Positions 6,645 to 14,536 of a DNA stretch of 21,506 nt are shown here, piece after piece (position 1 is the stretch's first letter; every line of letters starts with the position of its first letter). The DNA is taken from assembly GCA_041496385.1 (NCBI GenBank), contig JBGQEL010000071.1:1-21506 (forward strand), given 5' to 3'. Both the position numbers and the translations under genes were made by a program. Below the pieces are notes generated by a model. The model searched no databases, was not told the DNA's origin, and saw only the letters and a list, made by a program, of their open reading frames with translations. The stretch comes from Candidatus Methylomirabilia bacterium. GTDB lineage: Bacteria > Methylomirabilota > Methylomirabilia > Rokubacteriales > CSP1-6.

Positions 6645-7631
6645 ATGATCAGGAAATGTCTATTCGTGTGCGTGCTGGTCGTGGCGGCCGCCGTAACGGC
6701 GTCCGGCCCGGCGTCGCCCCACGGCCTCGCGGGCAAACGCTTCTTCCCGGCGACGCTGGCGACCGACGACCCGTTCGTCGCCGACGAGCTGTCCCTGCCG
6801 ACGATCTCCCACATCAAGCTGCCGGGCACCGGCGACACGCCGCCGACGAAGGAGACGGGCCTGTCCGGCGAGTTCTCGAAGCGCCTCAGCCCCAACCTGG
6901 GGCTCTCGCTTGGCGGCACCTTCAAGTTTCTGGACCCCGACGACGGGCACGTCGTCAGCGGCTTCGACAACATGGAGGTCTCGCTGAAGTACGTCTTCCT
7001 CAAGAGCGCCGAGCACGAGCTCCTGGTCTCGCTGGGCCTCGGCTGGGATGTCGGCGGGACGGGGGGCAAGAAGGTCGGCGCCGAGTCCTTCGATACGCTG
7101 ACGCCGTCGCTCTTCTTCGGGAAGGGCTTCGGCGACCTCCCCGACCAGCTCGAGCTGCTGAAGCCGCTCGCGGTGACCGGGGCGCTCGGCTGGGCCGTGC
7201 CGACCCGCGCGTGGAACAGGACGCGCACGGTCGACGACGACGGCAACCTCCAGGTCGAGCGCGAGTTCAACCCCACCGTCTTCACCTGGGGCGGGTCGAT
7301 CCAGTACAGCCTGCAGTACCTCCAGTCCTACGTGCGCGACGTCGGCATCCCCGCGCCGTTCAACCGCATGATCCCCATCGTCGAGTTCGCGATGCAGACG
7401 CCGATCGATGGACCACGCGCCAGGTACACGACCGGGACGATCAATCCCGGCGTCATCTGGTTCGGGCGGTACTTCCAGCTCGGGCTCGAGGCGATGGTGC
7501 CGATCAACGCCACGAGCGGCAAGAACGTCGGCGTCCTCGCCCAGATCCACTTCTATCTGGACGACATCCTGCCGAAGATCTTCACGTGGACGCCGTTCCA
7601 CGGCGTGCTCGGGCCGACGCAGCCGCGCTAA
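6645..7631 (+). CDS. Putative outer-membrane beta-barrel protein, candidate copper uptake channel
   Basis: Signal peptide then HGLAGKRFFPATLATDDPFVADELSLP; alternating beta-strand patterns; translationally coupled (TAATG) to copC. Confidence 0.7.
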   Translation: MIRKCLFVCVLVVAAAVTASGPASPHGLAGKRFFPATLATDDPFVADELSLPTISHIKLPGTGDTPPTKETGLSGEFSKRLSPNLGLSLGGTFKFLDPDDGHVVSGFDNMEVSLKYVFLKSAEHELLVSLGLGWDVGGTGGKKVGAESFDTLTPSLFFGKGFGDLPDQLELLKPLAVTGALGWAVPTRAWNRTRTVDDDGNLQVEREFNPTVFTWGGSIQYSLQYLQSYVRDVGIPAPFNRMIPIVEFAMQTPIDGPRARYTTGTINPGVIWFGRYFQLGLEAMVPINATSGKNVGVLAQIHFYLDDILPKIFTWTPFHGVLGPTQPR

Positions 7632-7981
7632 TGCGTGGTCTGCTGGTGGCGGCGGCGCTCCTGCTGGCACCCGGTTCGGGGTGGGCCCATGCGTTTCCCG
7701 ACCACTCCGAGCCTCGGGTCGGCCATACGGTGGACGCGCCGCCGCCGTCCGTCCGCATCTGGTTCGACGGCGAGATCGAGCCCGTCTTCAGCACGCTCAG
7801 GGTCGAGAACGCCGACAAACGGCGCGTGGATCGGGCTGACGCGCGTGTCGACGCGAAGGACCGCAAGCTCCTCGAGGTGAGTCTGCCGCCCCTGCCGCCG
7901 GGCCGCTACCGCGTGTTCTGGAGCGTCATCGCGCGCGATGGGCATCGGACGGAGGGCGACTTCTCCTTCAGGGTCAAGTGA
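7631..7981 (+). CDS. copC: Copper-binding periplasmic protein CopC (second copy)
   Basis: MRGLLV...GWA|HAFPDHSEP...IWFDGEIEP...WSVIARDGHRTEG: His1 and DGH motif. Confidence 0.92.
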   Translation: MRGLLVAAALLLAPGSGWAHAFPDHSEPRVGHTVDAPPPSVRIWFDGEIEPVFSTLRVENADKRRVDRADARVDAKDRKLLEVSLPPLPPGRYRVFWSVIARDGHRTEGDFSFRVK

Positions 7982-9273
7982 CGATGCCGGACTTCGCCGT
8001 CGCGGCGCTCATCCGCTGGGTCGGGCTGCTCGCGCTGGCCGTCCTGTTCGGCGGCCTCACCCTGGACGTGATCGTTCTTCCGGCCGGGGTCGCCGATCTC
8101 TCCGCGGGGCGCCGCCGGCTCGACCGGTGGAACATGCTCGCTGTCGGCGTCCTGATCGTGGCGAGCGCCGGCACACTGCTCGACAGGACGCGGGCGATGA
8201 GCGGCGTGCCGCTCGCGGGGGCCATCGACGTCCTGCCCGTCGTGCTGACGCGCACGCACTTCGGGGCGATCTGGATCGCGCGATTCGTGGCGCTCGGCCT
8301 GCTGCTGGCGTTGTCGCTCGCGCGCGCCCGGTGGGCCCGCCTCGTCGCGCTCCCCCCGGCCCTCGCCGTCGCGCTGACGTCCAGCCTGACGGGGCACGCG
8401 GGCGACTGGGGTGACGTGTCCCTGGCCGCGTTCGTCGACTGGAGCCACGGTGTCGCCGCCGCGGCCTGGACCGGCGGGCTGATCTCGCTGGCGCTCGCGG
8501 TGTTCGTCGGGCGTGCCGCGTGGCCCCAGGATCTCTTCGCCACGGTCGCGCGCCGCTTTTCACGAGTCGCGGGCGCCTGCCTTGTCGTCGTCGTCCTGAC
8601 GGGCGCCTACAACGCGTGGGTCCAGATCCCGGAGATCTCCGCGCTCTGGACCACGCTGTACGGCCGCGTGCTGGCGCTGAAGTTGGTTCTTGTCCTGGCG
8701 CTCGCGGCGCTGGGCGCGGTCAACCGCTATGCGATCCTTCCGCGGCTCGGCGCCGAGGGCGCGTCCGGCCGGCTCGCGACCTTCGTTTCCCGCGAGGCGC
8801 TGCTCGCGCTCGTCGTGTTCGGGTGCACCGCGGTCCTCGGCGAGTCCACGCCGAAGAGCCACGCGGGTCATGGTCCGTCGGCCGCCGAGCCCGAGGCTGG
8901 ATCGGTCCGGGTGAGCATGGAGGAGCTCCACGCGAGCGGCGGCGTGCCGAAGGGCTGGACGCTCGCGCCGCCGCCCGGCGATCCGGTCCGCGGGCGCGAG
9001 GTCTTCAGGCGCCTCGAATGCTTCGCGTGCCACGCCGTCCGCGGCGAGCGCTTCCCGGGGGCGTCGAAGCCGGGTCCCGCGCTCACGGACGTCGGGCGCC
9101 ACCATCCCACGGGGTATCTCCTCGAGTCGATCCTGAACCCGAACGCCGTCATCGTGGAGGGGCGCGGGTATACTGGTCCCGACGGTCGTTCGGCCATGCC
9201 GGACCATCGCGACAGCCTCTCGGTGGGCGAGCTGATCGACCTGGTCGCCTATCTGAAGAGCCTCGGAGGCTAG
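7978..9273 (+). CDS. CopD-family membrane protein fused to C-terminal cytochrome c
   Basis: THFGAIWIAR, LTGHAGD, HGVAAAAWTGGL, RRFS, TLYGRVLALKL (CopD); HAGH linker; CFACH plus distal SAMP Met. Start GTG 7978 or ATG 7984. Confidence 0.88.
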   Translation: MTMPDFAVAALIRWVGLLALAVLFGGLTLDVIVLPAGVADLSAGRRRLDRWNMLAVGVLIVASAGTLLDRTRAMSGVPLAGAIDVLPVVLTRTHFGAIWIARFVALGLLLALSLARARWARLVALPPALAVALTSSLTGHAGDWGDVSLAAFVDWSHGVAAAAWTGGLISLALAVFVGRAAWPQDLFATVARRFSRVAGACLVVVVLTGAYNAWVQIPEISALWTTLYGRVLALKLVLVLALAALGAVNRYAILPRLGAEGASGRLATFVSREALLALVVFGCTAVLGESTPKSHAGHGPSAAEPEAGSVRVSMEELHASGGVPKGWTLAPPPGDPVRGREVFRRLECFACHAVRGERFPGASKPGPALTDVGRHHPTGYLLESILNPNAVIVEGRGYTGPDGRSAMPDHRDSLSVGELIDLVAYLKSLGG

Positions 9274-9274
9274 T

Positions 9275-9979
9275 ACGGCGCTCTGCGCGGTCTTCTTCGA
9301 CGCGGGCAACACCCTGGTGCGGATGGACTACGCGGTGATCGCGGCGGAGCTCGCGCGCCACGGCGTCACGACGACGGCCGCGGCGGTGCAGCGGGCCGAG
9401 TGGCGCGCGCGGGTCCGCCTGGACACGGAGGTGTTCGCGCGGCCGCAGCCGGGGGGCTCGACCGAGAGCCGCTCGAGCGCCGAGCGCTACGTGCGCTACG
9501 TGCTCGACGAGCTCGGGATCCGCGACGAGCGTGTGCTCGGGGCCGTGGCCGAGTGGCGTCGTGTGTACAATCCGCCCGTCGGCTTCTGGAACGCCCCCGA
9601 TCCCCACGCTGCGCCCGCGCTCCGGCTCGCACGCGAGCACGGCCTGCGCGCCGGGGTCATCTCCAACTCGAACGGTTCGATCCGCGCAATTCTCGAATCG
9701 CTGGGGCTCGTGCCCTATCTGGACTTCGTGCTCGACTCGTTCGAGGTCGGCGTCGAGAAGCCGGACCCGCGGATCTTCGGCCTGGCACTCGAGCGCGCGG
9801 GCGTCCGGCCCGGCGAGGCCGTGTACGTCGGCGACCTGTACTCCGTGGACGTGCGCGGGGCCCGCGCGGCGGGGCTGGGCGCCGTACTCCTCGATCCGGG
9901 CGGCCACTGGGGGCCGCGCGACTGCCCGAAGGCGCCGCACGTGCTCGCCGCCGTCCGCCTGATCCTCGCCGAGGGGTGA
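9275..9979 (+). CDS. HAD-superfamily hydrolase (subfamily IA); apparent ACG start
   Basis: Motif I AVFFDAGNTL lies upstream of the ORF-track start at 9317; also VISNS, EKPDPRIF, YVGDLYSVDVRGA. GGAGG-N5-ACG at 9275. Confidence 0.85.
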   Translation, partial: TALCAVFFDAGNTLVRMDYAVIAAELARHGVTTTAAAVQRAEWRARVRLDTEVFARPQPGGSTESRSSAERYVRYVLDELGIRDERVLGAVAEWRRVYNPPVGFWNAPDPHAAPALRLAREHGLRAGVISNSNGSIRAILESLGLVPYLDFVLDSFEVGVEKPDPRIFGLALERAGVRPGEAVYVGDLYSVDVRGARAAGLGAVLLDPGGHWGPRDCPKAPHVLAAVRLILAEG

Positions 9980-10003
9980 CGCGCCGGCTCGCGCGCGCGG
10001 GCC

Positions 10004-10156
10004 GGGGCGACGGGCGGATGCCGCAGGGGTTGACGGGATCACGCGGCACACTTGCGCTGCTCGTGCGCGGCTGGGCTCCATCCGGGCGCGTGAGGCCCGC
10101 CGCCGCGTGCCGGGAACGGATCCCTTACGACCCCTGCCGCACCCGCCCGTCGCCCC
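10004..10156. repeat. Structured repeat copy A: 26-bp inverted arms around a 90-nt core
   Basis: Arms 10004-10029 and 10131-10156 (24/26 match); core 10035-10124 matches the reverse complement of 10301-10390 at 74/90. Confidence 0.8.
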
Positions 10157-10197
10157 GCCCCGGCCCGGTCGACGGGATCATAGTTCCAAGGCCCGGA

Positions 10198-10261
10198 ACG
10201 CGCGTGGCGTAGGGTCGTGCTCGGGTCGGGGCTATGTCGACGCGGCTATGGCCACGCGCGT
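10198..10261. repeat. Inverted repeat with 11-bp perfect arms between copies A and B
   Basis: ACGCGCGTGGC (10198-10208) / GCCACGCGCGT (10251-10261). Confidence 0.55.
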
Positions 10262-10265
10262 CGCA

Positions 10266-10424
10266 CGTCGGGCCGCGGGGCGGGGGTGGGAGGGTGGGCC
10301 GGGACTCGTTCCCAACACGCGGCGGCGGGCGCGCAGCGCCTGGATGGAGCCCAGCCGAGAACGGGCAGCGCACGCGTGCCGCGTGGTCCCGGGCCCCCTC
10401 CCACCCCCGCCCCGCGGCCCGACG
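10266..10424. repeat. Structured repeat copy B (inverted relative to A): 29-bp perfect arms around a 90-nt core
   Basis: CGTCGGGCCGCGGGGCGGGGGTGGGAGGG and its reverse complement flank core 10301-10390. Confidence 0.8.
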
Positions 10425-10429
10425 GCTAG

Positions 10430-11800
10430 TCAGCCGGGGAGCGTGACGAACGGGTAGCGGCCGAGCACGCCGTAGATGACGCGCTTCATCGCGTCGATCT
10501 CGGCGTCGGTCCGCGCCTCGAACCGGAGCGTGAGGTAGGGGTTCGTGTTGGAGGCGCGCACGAGACCCCAGCCGCCGCCCGGGAACAGCACGCGCGCGCC
10601 GTCGATGTCGATCGTCTCGTAGCGCGCCTTGAGCTCGCGCGCGATCTCCCCGATGACGCGGAACTTCTCCCCGTCCGGGCAGGGGGCCTTCAGCTCGGGC
10701 GTCGTCTTCAGATGCGGCACCGAGGCGAACAGGCGTCCGAGCGACTCGCGGGCACGCGCCGCGACCTCGATGATCTTGCACGAGGCGAGGATGCCGTCGT
10801 CCACGCCGTAGTAGTTCTCGCCGAAGAACATGTGGCCGCTGACCTCGCCGCCGAGGAGGATCCCCTCGTCGCGCATCTTGCGCTTCAGGTGCGAGTGGCC
10901 GGTCTTCCACATGACGGGCACGCCGCCGTGCGCGCGGATGTCCTCGATGAGGGACTGCGAGGACTTCACGTCGAAGACGATCTTCGCGCCGGGGTGGCGC
11001 CCGAGCAGGTCGCGCGCGAGGAGGATCAGGATCAGATCGGCCTCGTGGCGTTCGCCGCGCTCGTCGACGATCCCGACGCGGTCGGCGTCGCCGTCGTAGG
11101 CGACGCCGAGGTCGGCGCCGACCTGCACGACCTTCGCCTGGAGATCGACGACGTTCTTCTCGTCCTCCGGGTCGGGCAGGTGGTTGGGGAAGCGCCCGTC
11201 GGACTCGCAGTAGAGCTCGACGACCTCGGCCCCGATGCGGCGCAGGAGCTCGGGCGCATAGAGGCCGGCGACGCCGTTGCCCGCGTCCACGACGACCTTG
11301 AGCCGGCGCGCGGGCCGGACCAGCCGACCGAGCGTCTCGAAGTAGTCCTCGCGCGGGCTCCGCGCCGTCAGCGTCCCGCGCCCGCGCTCGAACTCCCCGC
11401 GCTCGGCGAGGCCGCGAAGGAGCTGGATCTCCTCCTCGCTCAGGGGCGCCGCGCCCGGGTGGACCATCTTGACGCCGTTGTACTCGATGGGATTGTGGCT
11501 GCCCGTGACGGTCGCGCCGCCGTCGAGCTTCCAGTGGGCCGTGGCGAAGTAGAGGACGGGCGTCGGCACGAGCCCGACGTCCACGACGTCGAGGCCCGTC
11601 TCGAGCGCGCCCTCGATGAAGCCGGCCTTCAGCCCGTCCGAGGAGACCCGGTTGTCCTGGCCGACGGCGATCCGCCGGCCGCCGTTTCGCCGGATGAGCG
11701 TGCCATACGCCGAGCCGACGAGGCGGAACACCTCGGGCGTGATGTCCGTGCCGACGAGGCCGCGCACGTCGTAGGCGCGGAACACGTGGGGATTGAGCAT
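10430..11800 (-). CDS. Phosphomannomutase/phosphoglucomutase (AlgC-like)
   Basis: FRAYDVRG, VTGSHNP (phospho-Ser), DGDADR (metal loop), GEVSGH, VRASNT. Confidence 0.96.
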   Translation of the reverse strand: MLNPHVFRAYDVRGLVGTDITPEVFRLVGSAYGTLIRRNGGRRIAVGQDNRVSSDGLKAGFIEGALETGLDVVDVGLVPTPVLYFATAHWKLDGGATVTGSHNPIEYNGVKMVHPGAAPLSEEEIQLLRGLAERGEFERGRGTLTARSPREDYFETLGRLVRPARRLKVVVDAGNGVAGLYAPELLRRIGAEVVELYCESDGRFPNHLPDPEDEKNVVDLQAKVVQVGADLGVAYDGDADRVGIVDERGERHEADLILILLARDLLGRHPGAKIVFDVKSSQSLIEDIRAHGGVPVMWKTGHSHLKRKMRDEGILLGGEVSGHMFFGENYYGVDDGILASCKIIEVAARARESLGRLFASVPHLKTTPELKAPCPDGEKFRVIGEIARELKARYETIDIDGARVLFPGGGWGLVRASNTNPYLTLRFEARTDAEIDAMKRVIYGVLGRYPFVTLPG

Positions 11801-11868
11801 TGTGCGGTCCTCAGCGTTACGTTATCGTGACGACGCGAGCCGCGCTCGCACGGGGAGGTTATCACGAG

Positions 11869-12285
11869 ATGGCGAGGGAGGACGACAAGGCCCTGAAGGA
11901 GCGGACGAAGAAGACAGCGCGGATGCTCTTCCACTCGCTGAAGAGCGGCGTCGGCTACGACCTGTGGAAGAAGTTCGACCCGGAGCTCGCGCGCGAGCTG
12001 TCGATGTTCTTCACGGGCGTCCTCTACAGCCGCGAGGTGATCTCGCAGAAGCAGCGCGAGCTGTGCGCCGTTGCGGCCCTGACCGCGCTCCACCGCCCGA
12101 ACGAGGTGCGCGCCCACATCCACGCGGCGCTCAACGTGGGCGCGACGCGCCGGGAGGTGGCCGAGGTGATCTTCCAGATGGTCACGTACGGCGGCATGCC
12201 CGTCGTCGTCGACGCCCTCGAGGTCTACGCGAGGGTGCTCGCCGAGCGCGGCGAGCCCTTCCCGGGCGAGGGCGCGCGGGCGTGA
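11869..12285 (+). CDS. Carboxymuconolactone decarboxylase (CMD) family protein
   Basis: YSREVISQKQRELCAVAALTAL...HIHAALNVGATRREVAEVIFQMVTYGGMP; GGAGG SD before ATG 11869. Confidence 0.88.
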   Translation: MAREDDKALKERTKKTARMLFHSLKSGVGYDLWKKFDPELARELSMFFTGVLYSREVISQKQRELCAVAALTALHRPNEVRAHIHAALNVGATRREVAEVIFQMVTYGGMPVVVDALEVYARVLAERGEPFPGEGARA

Positions 12286-13055
12286 GTCAGCGGGCGCTCG
12301 ACGCCGCCGTCGAGGCGGCGCGCGCCGCCGGGGCGATCGCGCTCAAGTACTTCCGGAGCCGCTTCGACGTCATCCTGAAACCGGACGCGTCGCCCGTCAC
12401 CCAGGCCGACCGCGAGGCCGAGCGGGCGATCGTCGAGATCCTGCGCCACGCCTTCCCGGACCACGGCGTCCTGGGCGAGGAATTCGGCGGGAGCGGCTCG
12501 ACGGACGTACGCTGGATCATCGATCCGATCGACGGCACGCGGAACTTCGTCCGCGGCATCCCCGTCTGGGCGACGCTGATCGCGCTCGAAGAGCGCGGGG
12601 AGGTCACGGTCGGCGTGATCCACAACCCGGTCACCGGCGAGCTCTACACCGCGCGCCGCGGCGCCGGCGCGTTCCTGAACGGCGAGCGCCTCCGCGTCTC
12701 GGCGATCGCCGAGCTTTCCCAGGCCACGCTGATCCACACCGGGCTCCGCCCCATCCGCAAGACGGGCCGCTGGGACGGGTTCGTCCGCCTCGTCGAGGCG
12801 ACCGATCGCCAGCGCGGCTTCGGCGACTACGCCGGATACACGCTGGTCGCCGAGGGCAAGGCCGAGATCTACGTCGAGATCTATCCGCCGGGTCACGGCC
12901 TCAAGCCGTGGGACGTGGCACCCTGCAAGCTCCTCGTGGAGGAGGCCGGCGGCCGTTTCAGCGACCTCGACGGCCGCGCGACGATCGACTCCGGCTCGGC
13001 GCTCGCGACCAACGGACGGCTGCACGACGCCGTCCTCGCGCTGCTCCGGCCCTGA
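12282..13055 (+). CDS. hisN: Inositol-monophosphatase family protein, likely histidinol-phosphatase
   Basis: KPDASPVTQADREAE, GEEFG, WIIDPIDGTRNFVRGIPVWATLIAL, RGFGD, LKPWDVA; GTGA overlap with the CMD gene. Confidence 0.82.
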   Translation: MSQRALDAAVEAARAAGAIALKYFRSRFDVILKPDASPVTQADREAERAIVEILRHAFPDHGVLGEEFGGSGSTDVRWIIDPIDGTRNFVRGIPVWATLIALEERGEVTVGVIHNPVTGELYTARRGAGAFLNGERLRVSAIAELSQATLIHTGLRPIRKTGRWDGFVRLVEATDRQRGFGDYAGYTLVAEGKAEIYVEIYPPGHGLKPWDVAPCKLLVEEAGGRFSDLDGRATIDSGSALATNGRLHDAVLALLRP

Positions 13056-14005
13056 CGCTCGCGATCCATCCGGGCGCGCTCGGCGACGTGCTCCTCGCCG
13101 TGCCGGCGCTCCGCGCGCTCGCGGCCGCGGGCGGGCCGCTCACCCTGGCGGCGCAGCCGAGGATCGGCGGCCTGCTCTTAGCGCTCGGCGTCGTCGATCG
13201 GGCGCTCGCGTTCGACTCGCTCCATCTCGACAAACTGTTTCAACACGAAGAGATCGGACTTGAGGCTACGGAGCCACTCAGCGCCTTTCTCAGGCCACCT
13301 GCGACCCAAGCCGGCCCCGGCGCCCCCGCTACAATAGTCTGCTGGTTCGGGGCGCGCGATCCCGGGTTCGTCGTGCGGCTCACCGCCCTCGAGCCGCGCA
13401 CGATCGTCGCGCCGCCGTACGCCGCCGGCCGCCCGGTCTGGGAGCACCTCCTCGGCACGATCGGCGTGCCGGCGGCCGAAGCCGATCGCTTCCGCGAGCC
13501 GATCCTCGTGGCGCCGCCGCTTGTGGAAGGGGGCCGGCGCGCGCTCGCGGCTGCGGGCTGGGACGGCGTCACGCCGCTCGTCGTCGTCCATCCCGGCGCC
13601 GGCGGCGTCGCCAAGCGCTGGCCCGCCGAGGCTTTCGCCGCGGCGCTCGAGCGCGTCGCGGCGCGCGGCCGGGTGGCGTTCGCGCTCCACGAGGGACCGG
13701 CCGATCGCGAGGCCGTCGCCGCGCTCGTCGCCGGACTCCGCGTTCCGGCGCTGCGCCTCGTCGAGCCCGAGCTGACCGTCCTGGCGGGCATGCTCCGCGT
13801 CGCGGTGGCCTTCCTCGGGAACGACTCGGGCGTGAGCCACCTGGCGGCGACGCTCGGGGTGCCGTCGGTCGTCCTCTTCAGGGGCGACAAGCTCGACTGG
13901 CGGCCGTGGGCACCGGACGCCACGCCGCTTGTCGTGGCCACGCCTGCGTCCGATGCGGGAGACGTCGAGCGCGTGGCGGCCGCCCTGCACGGGCTCGTCG
14001 TGTAG
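13052..14005 (+). CDS. Glycosyltransferase family 9 (heptosyltransferase-like); probable CTG start
   Basis: IHPGALGDVLL, VHPGAGGVAKRWP, FLGNDSGVSHLAATLGVPSVVLF. CTG at 13052 overlaps the upstream TGA. Confidence 0.85.
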   Translation: MTLAIHPGALGDVLLAVPALRALAAAGGPLTLAAQPRIGGLLLALGVVDRALAFDSLHLDKLFQHEEIGLEATEPLSAFLRPPATQAGPGAPATIVCWFGARDPGFVVRLTALEPRTIVAPPYAAGRPVWEHLLGTIGVPAAEADRFREPILVAPPLVEGGRRALAAAGWDGVTPLVVVHPGAGGVAKRWPAEAFAAALERVAARGRVAFALHEGPADREAVAALVAGLRVPALRLVEPELTVLAGMLRVAVAFLGNDSGVSHLAATLGVPSVVLFRGDKLDWRPWAPDATPLVVATPASDAGDVERVAAALHGLVV

Positions 14006-14014
14006 GATCGCCGC

Positions 14015-14185
14015 GTGGGAAAGAGACACGCGCGGCTCGGGCTGGCGCTCGCCGGCGCGGTGGTGATCGCCGCGGGCTTCGCCGTGGCGATCGTCGAGCT
14101 TCTTCACTTCCCGAAGGGCACGATCTGGATCGTCGTCGCCGCCGCCGTGCTCCTGGTCGGCGCGATCCGCGGGGTCACGCGCTAG
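14015..14185 (+). CDS. 56-aa two-TM small membrane protein
   Basis: MGKRHARLGLALAGAVVIAAGFAVAIVELLHFPKGTIWIVVAAAVLLVGAIRGVTR; GC-rich third positions; TAGGAT-N6-GTG leaderless-type signal. Confidence 0.65.
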   Translation: MGKRHARLGLALAGAVVIAAGFAVAIVELLHFPKGTIWIVVAAAVLLVGAIRGVTR

Positions 14186-14340
14186 AAGAAGTCGAGCGCC
14201 ACGACCTCCTCGTCCGCCTCGGTGTCCGCCTCGTCCTCGTCGGGCCGGGGAGCGTCGGCGAGGTCCATCTTCTCCAGCACGTCGTCATCCTGCGGCGGAG
14301 ATTCTCGAACCGCCAAGTCGTACCAGAGGTCCATCGTCAT
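14182..14340 (-). CDS. 52-aa acidic small protein
   Basis: MTMDLWYDLAVRESPPQDDDVLEKMDLADAPRPDEDEADTEADEEVVALDFF; GGGGGTG SD-like; sigma54-like promoter upstream; CTAG stop overlap with the convergent ORF. Confidence 0.6.
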   Translation of the reverse strand: MTMDLWYDLAVRESPPQDDDVLEKMDLADAPRPDEDEADTEADEEVVALDFF

Positions 14341-14403
14341 CACGTCACCCCCAGGGCGCCTTGAGGCCCTCTACGATCCTTTACTTCTGCCTCTTGCTGT
14401 ATG

Positions 14404-14418
14404 GCAGGAGCCGTGCCA
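14404..14418 (-). promoter_or_regulatory. Sigma54 (RpoN)-type -24/-12 promoter
   Basis: TGGCACGGCTCCTGC = GG-N10-GC, close to consensus TGGCACG-N4-TTGC; in a lower-GC intergenic stretch. Confidence 0.6.
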
Positions 14419-14536
14419 GGAGCCCCGTTCCGGAAATTCGCGCAGTTAGCGGTGGGGGGTGGCGCGGGCGCAGGGCGGCATGCCCGACGCCTCCGGCAAA
14501 CTGCCCTGTCCCCGGCGCCCGGACGGGTGCGGCGGG

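Noticed and set aside
10035..10390. tRNA, riboswitch or hammerhead ribozyme identity for the 90-nt cores
   Set aside because: No T-loop GTTC/CCA cloverleaf, no CUGAUGA/GAAA core, and the position between convergent 3' ends argues against a riboswitch.
13229..13340. Lower-GC patch inside the GT9 gene as an insertion or intein
   Set aside because: Short, in frame, with no terminal repeats or splicing motifs; most likely a variable loop.
14460..14525. Intrinsic terminator after the nitrilase gene
   Set aside because: An imperfect GC hairpin is present but has no U-tract; not enough support.
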